Sequence record: MZ375249.1
DNA length: 38,166 bases
From: Escherichia phage T7
Direction: 5' to 3' (one strand)
Under the pieces are notes generated by a model that was given only the letters and a program-made list of their open reading frames with translations, searched no databases and was not told the origin of the DNA. Shown here in pieces: positions 9,120 through 20,384 of the stretch (its first letter is position 1; the number at the start of each line of letters is the position of its first letter). The position numbers were made by a program, and so were the translations under genes.

Positions 9120-9539
9120 GTGGAACTGCGGGAGAAAATCCTTGAGCGAATCAAGGTGACTTCCTCTGGGTGTTGGGAGTGGCAGGGCGCTACGAACAAT
9201 AAAGGGTACGGGCAGGTGTGGTGCAGCAATACCGGAAAGGTTGTCTACTGTCATCGCGTAATGTCTAATGCTCCGAAAGGTTCTACCGTCCTGCACTCCT
9301 GTGATAATCCATTATGTTGTAACCCTGAACACCTATCCATAGGAACTCCAAAAGAGAACTCCACTGACATGGTAAATAAGGGTCGCTCACACAAGGGGTA
9401 TAAACTTTCAGACGAAGACGTAATGGCAATCATGGAGTCCAGCGAGTCCAATGTATCCTTAGCTCGCACCTATGGTGTCTCCCAACAGACTATTTGTGAT
9501 ATACGCAAAGGGAGGCGACATGGCAGGTTACGGCGCTAA
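9120..9539 (+). CDS. 2.8: Gene 2.8, HNH endonuclease-like protein (139 aa, GTG start)
   Basis: CHRV...HSCDNPLCCNPEHL...GTPKENSTDMVNKGR motif; paralog of gp7.7. Confidence 0.85.
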   Translation: MELREKILERIKVTSSGCWEWQGATNNKGYGQVWCSNTGKVVYCHRVMSNAPKGSTVLHSCDNPLCCNPEHLSIGTPKENSTDMVNKGRSHKGYKLSDEDVMAIMESSESNVSLARTYGVSQQTICDIRKGRRHGRLRR

Positions 9540-9969
9540 AGGAATCCGAAAGGTTGGAGCGTTTCGCTCTGGCCTAGAGGACAAGGTTTCAAAGCAGTTG
9601 GAATCAAAAGGTATTAAATTCGAGTATGAAGAGTGGAAAGTGCCTTATGTAATTCCGGCGAGCAATCACACTTACACTCCAGACTTCTTACTTCCAAACG
9701 GTATATTCGTTGAGACAAAGGGTCTGTGGGAAAGCGATGATAGAAAGAAGCACTTATTAATTAGGGAGCAGCACCCCGAGCTAGACATCCGTATTGTCTT
9801 CTCAAGCTCACGTACTAAGTTATACAAAGGTTCTCCAACGTCTTATGGAGAGTTCTGCGAAAAGCATGGTATTAAGTTCGCTGATAAACTGATACCTGCT
9901 GAGTGGATAAAGGAACCCAAGAAGGAGGTCCCCTTTGATAGATTAAAAAGGAAAGGAGGAAAGAAATAA
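9520..9969 (+). CDS. 3: Gene 3, endonuclease I (Holliday junction resolvase, 149 aa)
   Basis: MAGYGAKGIRKVGAFRSGLEDKVSKQLESKGIKFEYEEWKVPYVIP...; overlaps the 2.8 end as in T7. Confidence 0.95.
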   Translation: MAGYGAKGIRKVGAFRSGLEDKVSKQLESKGIKFEYEEWKVPYVIPASNHTYTPDFLLPNGIFVETKGLWESDDRKKHLLIREQHPELDIRIVFSSSRTKLYKGSPTSYGEFCEKHGIKFADKLIPAEWIKEPKKEVPFDRLKRKGGKK

Positions 9970-10424
9970 TGGCTCGTGTACAGTTTAAACAACGTGAATC
10001 TACTGACGCAATCTTTGTTCACTGCTCGGCTACCAAGCCAAGTCAGAATGTTGGTGTCCGTGAGATTCGCCAGTGGCACAAAGAGCAGGGTTGGCTCGAT
10101 GTGGGATACCACTTTATCATCAAGCGAGACGGTACTGTGGAGGCAGGACGAGATGAGATGGCTGTAGGCTCTCACGCTAAGGGTTACAACCACAACTCTA
10201 TCGGCGTCTGCCTTGTTGGTGGTATCGACGATAAAGGTAAGTTCGACGCTAACTTTACGCCAGCCCAAATGCAATCCCTTCGCTCACTGCTTGTCACACT
10301 GCTGGCTAAGTACGAAGGCGCTGTGCTTCGCGCCCATCATGAGGTGGCGCCGAAGGCTTGCCCTTCGTTCGACCTTAAGCGTTGGTGGGAGAAGAACGAA
10401 CTGGTCACTTCTGACCGTGGATAA
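9969..10424 (+). CDS. 3.5: Gene 3.5, lysozyme (N-acetylmuramoyl-L-alanine amidase, T7 RNAP inhibitor; 151 aa)
   Basis: MARVQFKQRESTDAIFVHCSATKPSQNVGVREIRQWHKEQGWLDVGYHFIIKRDGTVEAGR... Confidence 0.97.
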   Translation: MARVQFKQRESTDAIFVHCSATKPSQNVGVREIRQWHKEQGWLDVGYHFIIKRDGTVEAGRDEMAVGSHAKGYNHNSIGVCLVGGIDDKGKFDANFTPAQMQSLRSLLVTLLAKYEGAVLRAHHEVAPKACPSFDLKRWWEKNELVTSDRG

Positions 10425-12294
<1,870 letters not shown>

Positions 12295-12297
<3 letters not shown>

Positions 12298-12317
12298 TAC
12301 GACTCACTAAAGGAGAC
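12295..12317 (+). promoter_or_regulatory. T7 promoter phi4.3
   Basis: taatacgactcactaaaggagac. Confidence 0.9.
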
Positions 12318-12356
12318 ACACCAAATTCTTTGAGTAATCAAACAGGAGAAACCATT

Positions 12357-12626
12357 ATGTCTAACGTAGCTGAAACTATCCGTCTATCCGATACAGCTGA
12401 CCAGTGGAACCGTCGAGTCCACATCAACGTTCGCAACGGTAAGGCGACTATGGTTTACCGCTGGAAGGACTCTAAGTCCTCTAAGAATCACACTCAGCGT
12501 ATGACGTTGACAGATGAGCAAGCACTGCGTCTGGTCAATGCGCTTACCAAAGCTGCCGTGACAGCAATTCATGAAGCTGGTCGCGTCAATGAAGCTATGG
12601 CTATCCTCGACAAGATTGATAACTAA
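12357..12626 (+). CDS. 4.5: Gene 4.5 (89 aa)
   Basis: MSNVAETIRLSDTADQWNRRVHINVRNGKATMVYRWKD...; SD acaggaga upstream. Confidence 0.9.
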   Translation: MSNVAETIRLSDTADQWNRRVHINVRNGKATMVYRWKDSKSSKNHTQRMTLTDEQALRLVNALTKAAVTAIHEAGRVNEAMAILDKIDN

Positions 12627-12635
12627 GAGTGGTAT

Positions 12636-12666
12636 CCTCAAGGTCGCCAAAGTGGTGGCCTTCATG
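12636..12666 (+). promoter_or_regulatory. RNase III processing hairpin R4.7
   Basis: cctcaaggtcgccaaagtggtggccttcatg. Confidence 0.6.
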
Positions 12667-12670
12667 AATA

Positions 12671-12693
12671 CTATTCGACTCACTATAGGAGAT
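12671..12693 (+). promoter_or_regulatory. T7 promoter phi4.7
   Basis: ctattcgactcactataggagat. Confidence 0.85.
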
Positions 12694-12699
12694 ATTACC

Positions 12700-13107
12700 A
12701 TGCGTGACCCTAAAGTTATCCAAGCAGAAATCGCTAAACTGGAAGCTGAACTGGAGGACGTTAAGTACCATGAAGCTAAGACTCGCTCCGCTGTTCACAT
12801 CTTGAAGAACTTAGGCTGGACTTGGACAAGACAGACTGGCTGGAAGAAACCAGAAGTTACCAAGCTGAGTCATAAGGTGTTCGATAAGGACACTATGACC
12901 CACATCAAGGCTGGTGATTGGGTTAAGGTTGACATGGGAGTTGTTGGTGGATACGGCTACGTCCGCTCAGTTAGTGGCAAATATGCACAAGTGTCATACA
13001 TCACAGGTGTTACTCCACGCGGTGCAATCGTTGCCGATAAGACCAACATGATTCACACAGGTTTCTTGACAGTTGTTTCATATGAAGAGATTGTTAAGTC
13101 ACGATAA
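12700..13107 (+). CDS. 4.7: Gene 4.7 (135 aa, unknown function)
   Basis: MRDPKVIQAEIAKLEAELEDVKYHEAKTRSAV... Confidence 0.9.
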   Translation: MRDPKVIQAEIAKLEAELEDVKYHEAKTRSAVHILKNLGWTWTRQTGWKKPEVTKLSHKVFDKDTMTHIKAGDWVKVDMGVVGGYGYVRSVSGKYAQVSYITGVTPRGAIVADKTNMIHTGFLTVVSYEEIVKSR

Positions 13108-13125
13108 TCAATAGGAGAAATCAAT

Positions 13126-15240
13126 ATGATCGTTTCTGACATCGAAGCTAACGCCCTCTTAGAGAGCGTCACTAAGTTCCACTGCGGGGTTATCTACGAC
13201 TACTCCACCGCTGAGTACGTAAGCTACCGTCCGAGTGACTTCGGTGCGTATCTGGATGCGCTGGAAGCCGAGGTTGCACGAGGCGGTCTTATTGTGTTCC
13301 ACAACGGTCACAAGTATGACGTTCCTGCATTGACCAAACTGGCAAAGTTGCAATTGAACCGAGAGTTCCACCTTCCTCGTGAGAACTGTATTGACACCCT
13401 TGTGTTGTCACGTTTGATTCATTCCAACCTCAAGGACACCGATATGGGTCTTCTGCGTTCCGGCAAGTTGCCCGGAAAACGCTTTGGGTCTCACGCTTTG
13501 GAGGCGTGGGGTTATCGCTTAGGCGAGATGAAGGGTGAATACAAAGACGACTTTAAGCGTATGCTTGAAGAGCAGGGTGAAGAATACGTTGACGGAATGG
13601 AGTGGTGGAACTTCAACGAAGAGATGATGGACTATAACGTTCAGGACGTTGTGGTAACTAAAGCTCTCCTTGAGAAGCTACTCTCTGACAAACATTACTT
13701 CCCTCCTGAGATTGACTTTACGGACGTAGGATACACTACGTTCTGGTCAGAATCCCTTGAGGCCGTTGACATTGAACATCGTGCTGCATGGCTGCTCGCT
13801 AAACAAGAGCGCAACGGGTTCCCGTTTGACACAAAAGCAATCGAAGAGTTGTACGTAGAGTTAGCTGCTCGCCGCTCTGAGTTGCTCCGTAAATTGACCG
13901 AAACGTTCGGCTCGTGGTATCAGCCTAAAGGTGGCACTGAGATGTTCTGCCATCCGCGAACAGGTAAGCCACTACCTAAATACCCTCGCATTAAGACACC
14001 TAAAGTTGGTGGTATCTTTAAGAAGCCTAAGAACAAGGCACAGCGAGAAGGCCGTGAGCCTTGCGAACTTGATACCCGCGAGTACGTTGCTGGTGCTCCT
14101 TACACCCCAGTTGAACATGTTGTGTTTAACCCTTCGTCTCGTGACCACATTCAGAAGAAACTCCAAGAGGCTGGGTGGGTCCCGACCAAGTACACCGATA
14201 AGGGTGCTCCTGTGGTGGACGATGAGGTACTCGAAGGAGTACGTGTAGATGACCCTGAGAAGCAAGCCGCTATCGACCTCATTAAAGAGTACTTGATGAT
14301 TCAGAAGCGAATCGGACAGTCTGCTGAGGGAGACACAGCATGGCTTCGTTATGTTGCTGAGGATGGTAAGATTCATGGTTCTGTTAACCCTAATGGAGCA
14401 GTTACGGGTCGTGCGACCCATGCGTTCCCAAACCTTGCGCAAATTCCGGGTGTACGTTCTCCTTATGGAGAGCAGTGTCGCGCTGCTTTTGGCGCTGAGC
14501 ACCATTTGGATGGGATAACTGGTAAGCCTTGGGTTCAGGCTGGCATCGACGCATCCGGTCTTGAGCTACGCTGCTTGGCTCACTTCATGGCTCGCTTTGA
14601 TAACGGCGAGTACGCTCACGAGATTCTTAACGGCGACATCCACACTAAGAACCAGATAGCTGCTGAACTACCTACCCGAGATAACGCTAAGACGTTCATC
14701 TATGGGTTCCTCTATGGTGCTGGTGATGAGAAGATTGGACAGATTGTTGGTGCTGGTAAAGAGCGCGGTAAGGAACTCAAGAAGAAATTCCTTGAGAACA
14801 CCCCCGCGATTGCAGCACTCCGCGAGTCTATCCAACAGACACTTGTCGAGTCCTCTCAATGGGTAGCTGGTGAGCAACAAGTCAAGTGGAAACGCCGCTG
14901 GATTAAAGGTCTGGATGGTCGTAAGGTACACGTTCGTAGTCCTCACGCTGCCTTGAATACCCTACTGCAATCTGCTGGTGCTCTCATCTGCAAACTGTGG
15001 ATTATCAAGACCGAAGAGATGCTCGTAGAGAAAGGCTTGAAGCATGGCTGGGATGGGGACTTTGCGTACATGGCATGGGTACATGATGAAATCCAAGTAG
15101 GCTGCCGTACCGAAGAGATTGCTCAGGTGGTCATTGAGACCGCACAAGAAGCGATGCGCTGGGTTGGAGACCACTGGAACTTCCGGTGTCTTCTGGATAC
15201 CGAAGGTAAGATGGGTCCTAATTGGGCGATTTGCCACTGA
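13126..15240 (+). CDS. 5: Gene 5, DNA polymerase (704 aa)
   Basis: [36 protein letters not shown]...; exonuclease and Pol I family motifs; ends NWAICH. Confidence 0.99.
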   Translation: MIVSDIEANALLESVTKFHCGVIYDYSTAEYVSYRPSDFGAYLDALEAEVARGGLIVFHNGHKYDVPALTKLAKLQLNREFHLPRENCIDTLVLSRLIHSNLKDTDMGLLRSGKLPGKRFGSHALEAWGYRLGEMKGEYKDDFKRMLEEQGEEYVDGMEWWNFNEEMMDYNVQDVVVTKALLEKLLSDKHYFPPEIDFTDVGYTTFWSESLEAVDIEHRAAWLLAKQERNGFPFDTKAIEELYVELAARRSELLRKLTETFGSWYQPKGGTEMFCHPRTGKPLPKYPRIKTPKVGGIFKKPKNKAQREGREPCELDTREYVAGAPYTPVEHVVFNPSSRDHIQKKLQEAGWVPTKYTDKGAPVVDDEVLEGVRVDDPEKQAAIDLIKEYLMIQKRIGQSAEGDTAWLRYVAEDGKIHGSVNPNGAVTGRATHAFPNLAQIPGVRSPYGEQCRAAFGAEHHLDGITGKPWVQAGIDASGLELRCLAHFMARFDNGEYAHEILNGDIHTKNQIAAELPTRDNAKTFIYGFLYGAGDEKIGQIVGAGKERGKELKKKFLENTPAIAALRESIQQTLVESSQWVAGEQQVKWKRRWIKGLDGRKVHVRSPHAALNTLLQSAGALICKLWIIKTEEMLVEKGLKHGWDGDFAYMAWVHDEIQVGCRTEEIAQVVIETAQEAMRWVGDHWNFRCLLDTEGKMGPNWAICH

Positions 15241-15285
15241 TACAGGAGGCTACTCCAAAGGCATAAAACTATAGGAGAAATTATT

Positions 15286-15585
15286 ATGGCTATGACAAAG
15301 AAATTTAAAGTGTCCTTCGACGTTACCGCAAAGATGTCGTCTGACGTTCAGGCAATCTTAGAGAAAGATATGCTGCATCTATGTAAGCAGGTCGGCTCAG
15401 GTGCGATTGTCCCCAATGGTAAACAGAAGGAAATGATTGTCCAGTTCCTGACACACGGTATGGAAGGATTGATGACATTCGTAGTACGTACATCATTTCG
15501 TGAGGCCATTAAGGACATGCACGAAGAGTATGCAGATAAGGACTCTTTCAAACAATCTCCTGCAACAGTACGGGAGGTGTTCTGA
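15286..15585 (+). CDS. 5.5: Gene 5.5, H-NS-binding protein (99 aa)
   Basis: MAMTKKFKVSFDVTAKMSSDVQAILEKDMLHLCKQVG... Confidence 0.9.
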   Translation: MAMTKKFKVSFDVTAKMSSDVQAILEKDMLHLCKQVGSGAIVPNGKQKEMIVQFLTHGMEGLMTFVVRTSFREAIKDMHEEYADKDSFKQSPATVREVF

Positions 15586-15794
15586 TGTCTGACTACCTGA
15601 AAGTGCTGCAAGCAATCAAAAGTTGCCCTAAGACTTTCCAGTCCAACTATGTACGGAACAATGCGAGCCTCGTAGCGGAGGCCGCTTCCCGTGGTCACAT
15701 CTCGTGCCTGACTACTAGTGGACGTAACGGTGGCGCTTGGGAAATCACTGCTTCCGGTACTCGCTTTCTGAAACGAATGGGAGGATGTGTCTAA
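15585..15794 (+). CDS. 5.7: Gene 5.7 (69 aa)
   Basis: MSDYLKVLQAIKSCPKTFQSNYVRNNASLVAEAASRGHISCLTTSGRNGGAWEITASGTRFLKRMGGCV. Confidence 0.9.
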   Translation: MSDYLKVLQAIKSCPKTFQSNYVRNNASLVAEAASRGHISCLTTSGRNGGAWEITASGTRFLKRMGGCV

Positions 15795-15952
15795 TGTCTC
15801 GTGACCTTGTGACTATTCCACGCGATGTGTGGAACGATATACAGGGCTACATCGACTCTCTGGAACGTGAGAACGATAGCCTTAAGAATCAACTAATGGA
15901 AGCTGACGAATACGTAGCGGAACTAGAGGAGAAACTTAATGGCACTTCTTGA
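15794..15952 (+). CDS. 5.9: Gene 5.9, RecBCD inhibitor (52 aa)
   Basis: MSRDLVTIPRDVWNDIQGYIDSLERENDSLKNQLMEADEYVAELEEKLNGTS. Confidence 0.85.
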   Translation: MSRDLVTIPRDVWNDIQGYIDSLERENDSLKNQLMEADEYVAELEEKLNGTS

Positions 15953-16841
15953 CCTTAAACAATTCTATGAGTTACGTGAAGGCTGCGACGACAAGGGTAT
16001 CCTTGTGATGGACGGCGACTGGCTGGTCTTCCAAGCTATGAGTGCTGCTGAGTTTGATGCCTCTTGGGAGGAAGAGATTTGGCACCGATGCTGTGACCAC
16101 GCTAAGGCCCGTCAGATTCTTGAGGATTCCATTAAGTCCTACGAGACCCGTAAGAAGGCTTGGGCAGGTGCTCCAATTGTCCTTGCGTTCACCGATAGTG
16201 TTAACTGGCGTAAAGAACTGGTTGACCCGAACTATAAGGCTAACCGTAAGGCCGTGAAGAAACCTGTAGGGTACTTTGAGTTCCTTGATGCTCTCTTTGA
16301 GCGCGAAGAGTTCTATTGCATCCGTGAGCCTATGCTTGAGGGTGATGACGTTATGGGAGTTATTGCTTCCAATCCGTCTGCCTTCGGTGCTCGTAAGGCT
16401 GTAATCATCTCTTGCGATAAGGACTTTAAGACCATCCCTAACTGTGACTTCCTGTGGTGTACCACTGGTAACATCCTGACTCAGACCGAAGAGTCCGCTG
16501 ACTGGTGGCACCTCTTCCAGACCATCAAGGGTGACATCACTGATGGTTACTCAGGGATTGCTGGATGGGGTGATACCGCCGAGGACTTCTTGAATAACCC
16601 GTTCATAACCGAGCCTAAAACGTCTGTGCTTAAGTCCGGTAAGAACAAAGGCCAAGAGGTTACTAAATGGGTTAAACGCGACCCTGAGCCTCATGAGACG
16701 CTTTGGGACTGCATTAAGTCCATTGGCGCGAAGGCTGGTATGACCGAAGAGGATATTATCAAGCAGGGCCAAATGGCTCGAATCCTACGGTTCAACGAGT
16801 ACAACTTTATTGACAAGGAGATTTACCTGTGGAGACCGTAG
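15939..16841 (+). CDS. 6: Gene 6, 5'-3' exonuclease (300 aa)
   Basis: MALLDLKQFYELREGCDDKGILVMDGDWLVFQAMSAAEFD... Confidence 0.97.
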   Translation: MALLDLKQFYELREGCDDKGILVMDGDWLVFQAMSAAEFDASWEEEIWHRCCDHAKARQILEDSIKSYETRKKAWAGAPIVLAFTDSVNWRKELVDPNYKANRKAVKKPVGYFEFLDALFEREEFYCIREPMLEGDDVMGVIASNPSAFGARKAVIISCDKDFKTIPNCDFLWCTTGNILTQTEESADWWHLFQTIKGDITDGYSGIAGWGDTAEDFLNNPFITEPKTSVLKSGKNKGQEVTKWVKRDPEPHETLWDCIKSIGAKAGMTEEDIIKQGQMARILRFNEYNFIDKEIYLWRP

Positions 16842-16942
16842 CGTATATTGGTCTGGGTCTTTGTGTTCTCGGAGTGTGCCTCATTTCGTGGGGCCTTTGG
16901 GACTTAGCCAGAATAATCAAGTCGTTACACGACACTAAGTGA
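16829..16942 (+). CDS. 6.3: Gene 6.3 candidate (37 aa) with GTG at the expected start
   Basis: Small ORF VETVAYIGLGLCVLGVCLISWGLWDLARIIKSLHDTK overlapping the gene 6 end; start codon is GTG. Confidence 0.5.
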   Translation: METVAYIGLGLCVLGVCLISWGLWDLARIIKSLHDTK

Positions 16943-16945
16943 TAA

Positions 16946-17000
16946 ACTCAAGGTCCCTAAATTAATACGACTCACTATAGGGAGATAGGGGCCTTTACGA
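16946..17000 (+). promoter_or_regulatory. RNase III processing hairpin R6.5 enclosing promoter phi6.5
   Basis: ctcaaggtccc ... aggggcctttacg flanking the promoter. Confidence 0.5.
16963..16985 (+). promoter_or_regulatory. T7 promoter phi6.5 (class III)
   Basis: taatacgactcactatagggaga exact consensus. Confidence 0.95.
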
Positions 17001-17039
17001 TTATTACTTTAAGATTTAACTCTAAGAGGAATCTTTATT

Positions 17040-17294
17040 ATGTTAACACCTATTAACCAATTACTTAAGAACCCTAACGATATTCCAGATGTACCTCGTG
17101 CAACCGCTGAGTATCTACAGGTTCGATTCAACTATGCGTACCTCGAAGCGTCTGGTCATATAGGACTTATGCGTGCTAATGGTTGTAGTGAGGCCCACAT
17201 CTTGGGTTTCATTCAGGGCCTACAGTATGCCTCTAACGTCATTGACGAGATTGAGTTACGCAAGGAACAACTAAGAGATGATGGGGAGGATTGA
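17040..17294 (+). CDS. 6.5: Gene 6.5 (84 aa)
   Basis: [40 protein letters not shown]... Confidence 0.9.
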
Positions 17295-17298
17295 CACT

Positions 17299-17565
17299 AT
17301 GTGTTTCTCACCGAAAATTAAAACTCCGAAGATGGATACCAATCAGATTCGAGCCGTTGAGCCAGCGCCTCTGACCCAAGAAGTGTCAAGCGTGGAGTTC
17401 GGTGGGTCTTCTGATGAGACGGATACCGAGGGCACCGAAGTGTCTGGACGCAAAGGCCTCAAGGTCGAACGTGATGATTCCGTAGCGAAGTCTAAAGCCA
17501 GCGGCAATGGCTCCGCTCGTATGAAATCTTCCATCCGTAAGTCCGCATTTGGAGGTAAGAAGTGA
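17299..17565 (+). CDS. 6.7: Gene 6.7, small virion protein (88 aa)
   Basis: MCFSPKIKTPKMDTNQIRAVEPAPLTQEVSSVEFGG... Confidence 0.85.
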   Translation: MCFSPKIKTPKMDTNQIRAVEPAPLTQEVSSVEFGGSSDETDTEGTEVSGRKGLKVERDDSVAKSKASGNGSARMKSSIRKSAFGGKK

Positions 17566-17966
17566 TGTCTGAGTTCACATGTGTGGAGGCTAAGAGTCGC
17601 TTCCGTGCAATCCGGTGGACTGTGGAACACCTTGGGTTGCCTAAAGGATTCGAAGGACACTTTGTGGGCTACAGCCTCTACGTAGACGAAGTGATGGACA
17701 TGTCTGGTTGCCGTGAAGAGTACATTCTGGACTCTACCGGAAAACATGTAGCGTACTTCGCGTGGTGCGTAAGCTGTGACATTCACCACAAAGGAGACAT
17801 TCTGGATGTAACGTCCGTTGTCATTAATCCTGAGGCAGACTCTAAGGGCTTACAGCGATTCCTAGCGAAACGCTTTAAGTACCTTGCGGAACTCCACGAT
17901 TGCGATTGGGTGTCTCGTTGTAAGCATGAAGGCGAGACAATGCGTGTATACTTTAAGGAGGTATAA
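17565..17966 (+). CDS. 7: Gene 7, host-range / virion protein (133 aa)
   Basis: MSEFTCVEAKSRFRAIRWTVEHLGLPKGFEGH...; ATG overlaps the 6.7 stop (TGATG). Confidence 0.9.
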   Translation: MSEFTCVEAKSRFRAIRWTVEHLGLPKGFEGHFVGYSLYVDEVMDMSGCREEYILDSTGKHVAYFAWCVSCDIHHKGDILDVTSVVINPEADSKGLQRFLAKRFKYLAELHDCDWVSRCKHEGETMRVYFKEV

Positions 17967-17969
17967 GTT

Positions 17970-18269
17970 ATGGGTAAGAAAGTTAAGAAGGCCGTGAAGA
18001 AAGTCCCCAAGTCCGTTAAGAAAGTCGTTAAGGAAGGGGCTAGTCCGGTTAAACAGGTTGCTGGCGGTCTAGCTGGTCTGGCTGGTGGTACTGGTGAAGC
18101 ACAGATGGTGGAAGTACCACAAGCTGCCGCACAGATTGTTGACGTACCTGAGAAAGAGGTTTCCACTGAGGACGAAGCACAGACAGAAAGCGGACGCAAG
18201 AAAGCTCGTGCTGGCGGTAAGAAATCCTTGAGTGTAGCCCGTAGCTCCGGTGGCGGTATCAACATTTAA
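17970..18269 (+). CDS. 7.3: Gene 7.3, tail/virion protein (99 aa)
   Basis: MGKKVKKAVKKVPKSVKKVVKEGASPVKQVAGGLAG...; lysine-rich. Confidence 0.9.
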   Translation: MGKKVKKAVKKVPKSVKKVVKEGASPVKQVAGGLAGLAGGTGEAQMVEVPQAAAQIVDVPEKEVSTEDEAQTESGRKKARAGGKKSLSVARSSGGGINI

Positions 18270-18282
18270 TCAGGAGGTTATC

Positions 18283-18675
18283 GTGGAAGACTGCATTGAA
18301 TGGACCGGAGGTGTCAACTCTAAGGGTTATGGTCGTAAGTGGGTTAATGGTAAACTTGTGACTCCACATAGGCACATCTATGAGGAGACATATGGTCCAG
18401 TTCCAACAGGAATTGTGGTGATGCATATCTGCGATAACCCTAGGTGCTATAACATAAAGCACCTTACGCTTGGAACTCCAAAGGATAATTCCGAGGACAT
18501 GGTTACCAAAGGTAGACAGGCTAAAGGAGAGGAACTAAGCAAGAAACTTACAGAGTCAGACGTTCTCGCTATACGCTCTTCAACCTTAAGCCACCGCTCC
18601 TTAGGAGAACTGTATGGAGTCAGTCAATCAACCATAACGCGAATACTACAGCGTAAGACATGGAGACACATTTAA
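18283..18675 (+). CDS. 7.7: Gene 7.7, HNH endonuclease-like protein (130 aa, GTG start)
   Basis: HRHIYE...MHICDNPRCYNIKHLTLGTPKDNSEDMVTKGR motif; paralog of gp2.8. Confidence 0.85.
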   Translation: MEDCIEWTGGVNSKGYGRKWVNGKLVTPHRHIYEETYGPVPTGIVVMHICDNPRCYNIKHLTLGTPKDNSEDMVTKGRQAKGEELSKKLTESDVLAIRSSTLSHRSLGELYGVSQSTITRILQRKTWRHI

Positions 18676-20285
18676 TGGCTGAGAAACGAACAGGACTTGC
18701 GGAGGATGGCGCAAAGTCTGTCTATGAGCGTTTAAAGAACGACCGTGCTCCCTATGAGACACGCGCTCAGAATTGCGCTCAATATACCATCCCATCATTG
18801 TTCCCTAAGGACTCCGATAACGCCTCTACAGATTATCAAACTCCGTGGCAAGCCGTGGGCGCTCGTGGTCTGAACAATCTAGCCTCTAAGCTCATGCTGG
18901 CTCTATTCCCTATGCAGACTTGGATGCGACTTACTATATCTGAATATGAAGCAAAGCAGTTACTGAGCGACCCCGATGGACTCGCTAAGGTCGATGAGGG
19001 CCTCTCGATGGTAGAGCGTATCATCATGAACTACATTGAGTCTAACAGTTACCGCGTGACTCTCTTTGAGGCTCTCAAACAGTTAGTCGTAGCTGGTAAC
19101 GTCCTGCTGTACCTACCGGAACCGGAAGGGTCAAACTATAATCCCATGAAGCTGTACCGATTGTCTTCTTATGTGGTCCAACGAGACGCATTCGGCAACG
19201 TTCTGCAAATGGTGACTCGTGACCAGATAGCTTTTGGTGCTCTCCCTGAGGACATCCGTAAGGCTGTAGAAGGTCAAGGTGGTGAGAAGAAAGCTGATGA
19301 GACAATCGACGTGTACACTCACATCTATCTGGATGAGGACTCAGGTGAATACCTCCGATACGAAGAGGTCGAGGGTATGGAAGTCCAAGGCTCCGATGGG
19401 ACTTATCCTAAAGAGGCTTGCCCATACATCCCGATTCGGATGGTCAGACTAGATGGTGAATCCTACGGTCGTTCGTACATTGAGGAATACTTAGGTGACT
19501 TACGGTCCCTTGAAAATCTCCAAGAGGCTATCGTCAAGATGTCCATGATTAGCTCTAAGGTTATCGGCTTAGTGAATCCTGCTGGTATCACCCAGCCACG
19601 CCGACTGACCAAAGCTCAGACTGGTGACTTCGTTACTGGTCGTCCAGAAGACATCTCGTTCCTCCAACTGGAGAAGCAAGCAGACTTTACTGTAGCTAAA
19701 GCCGTAAGTGACGCTATCGAGGCTCGCCTTTCGTTTGCCTTTATGTTGAACTCTGCGGTTCAGCGTACAGGTGAACGTGTGACCGCCGAAGAGATTCGGT
19801 ATGTAGCTTCTGAACTTGAAGATACTTTAGGTGGTGTCTACTCTATCCTTTCTCAAGAATTACAATTGCCTCTGGTACGAGTGCTCTTGAAGCAACTACA
19901 AGCCACGCAACAGATTCCTGAGTTACCTAAGGAAGCCGTAGAGCCAACCATTAGTACAGGTCTGGAAGCAATTGGTCGAGGACAAGACCTTGATAAGCTG
20001 GAGCGGTGTGTCACTGCGTGGGCTGCACTGGCACCTATGCGGGACGACCCTGATATTAACCTTGCGATGATTAAGTTACGTATTGCCAACGCTATCGGTA
20101 TTGACACTTCTGGTATTCTACTCACCGAAGAACAGAAGCAACAGAAGATGGCCCAACAGTCTATGCAAATGGGTATGGATAATGGTGCTGCTGCGCTGGC
20201 TCAAGGTATGGCTGCACAAGCTACAGCTTCACCTGAGGCTATGGCTGCTGCCGCTGATTCCGTAGGTTTACAGCCGGGAATTTAA
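18675..20285 (+). CDS. 8: Gene 8, head-tail connector (portal) protein (536 aa)
   Basis: MAEKRTGLAEDGAKSVYERLKNDRAPYETRAQNCAQYTIPSLFP... Confidence 0.97.
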   Translation: MAEKRTGLAEDGAKSVYERLKNDRAPYETRAQNCAQYTIPSLFPKDSDNASTDYQTPWQAVGARGLNNLASKLMLALFPMQTWMRLTISEYEAKQLLSDPDGLAKVDEGLSMVERIIMNYIESNSYRVTLFEALKQLVVAGNVLLYLPEPEGSNYNPMKLYRLSSYVVQRDAFGNVLQMVTRDQIAFGALPEDIRKAVEGQGGEKKADETIDVYTHIYLDEDSGEYLRYEEVEGMEVQGSDGTYPKEACPYIPIRMVRLDGESYGRSYIEEYLGDLRSLENLQEAIVKMSMISSKVIGLVNPAGITQPRRLTKAQTGDFVTGRPEDISFLQLEKQADFTVAKAVSDAIEARLSFAFMLNSAVQRTGERVTAEEIRYVASELEDTLGGVYSILSQELQLPLVRVLLKQLQATQQIPELPKEAVEPTISTGLEAIGRGQDLDKLERCVTAWAALAPMRDDPDINLAMIKLRIANAIGIDTSGILLTEEQKQQKMAQQSMQMGMDNGAAALAQGMAAQATASPEAMAAAADSVGLQPGI

Positions 20286-20305
20286 TACGACTCACTATAG
20301 GGAGA
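20283..20305 (+). promoter_or_regulatory. T7 promoter phi9 (class III)
   Basis: taatacgactcactatagggaga. Confidence 0.95.
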
Positions 20306-20384
20306 CCTCATCTTTGAAATGAGCGATGACAAGAGGTTGGAGTCCTCGGTCTTCCTGTAGTTCAACTTTAAGGAGACAATAATA

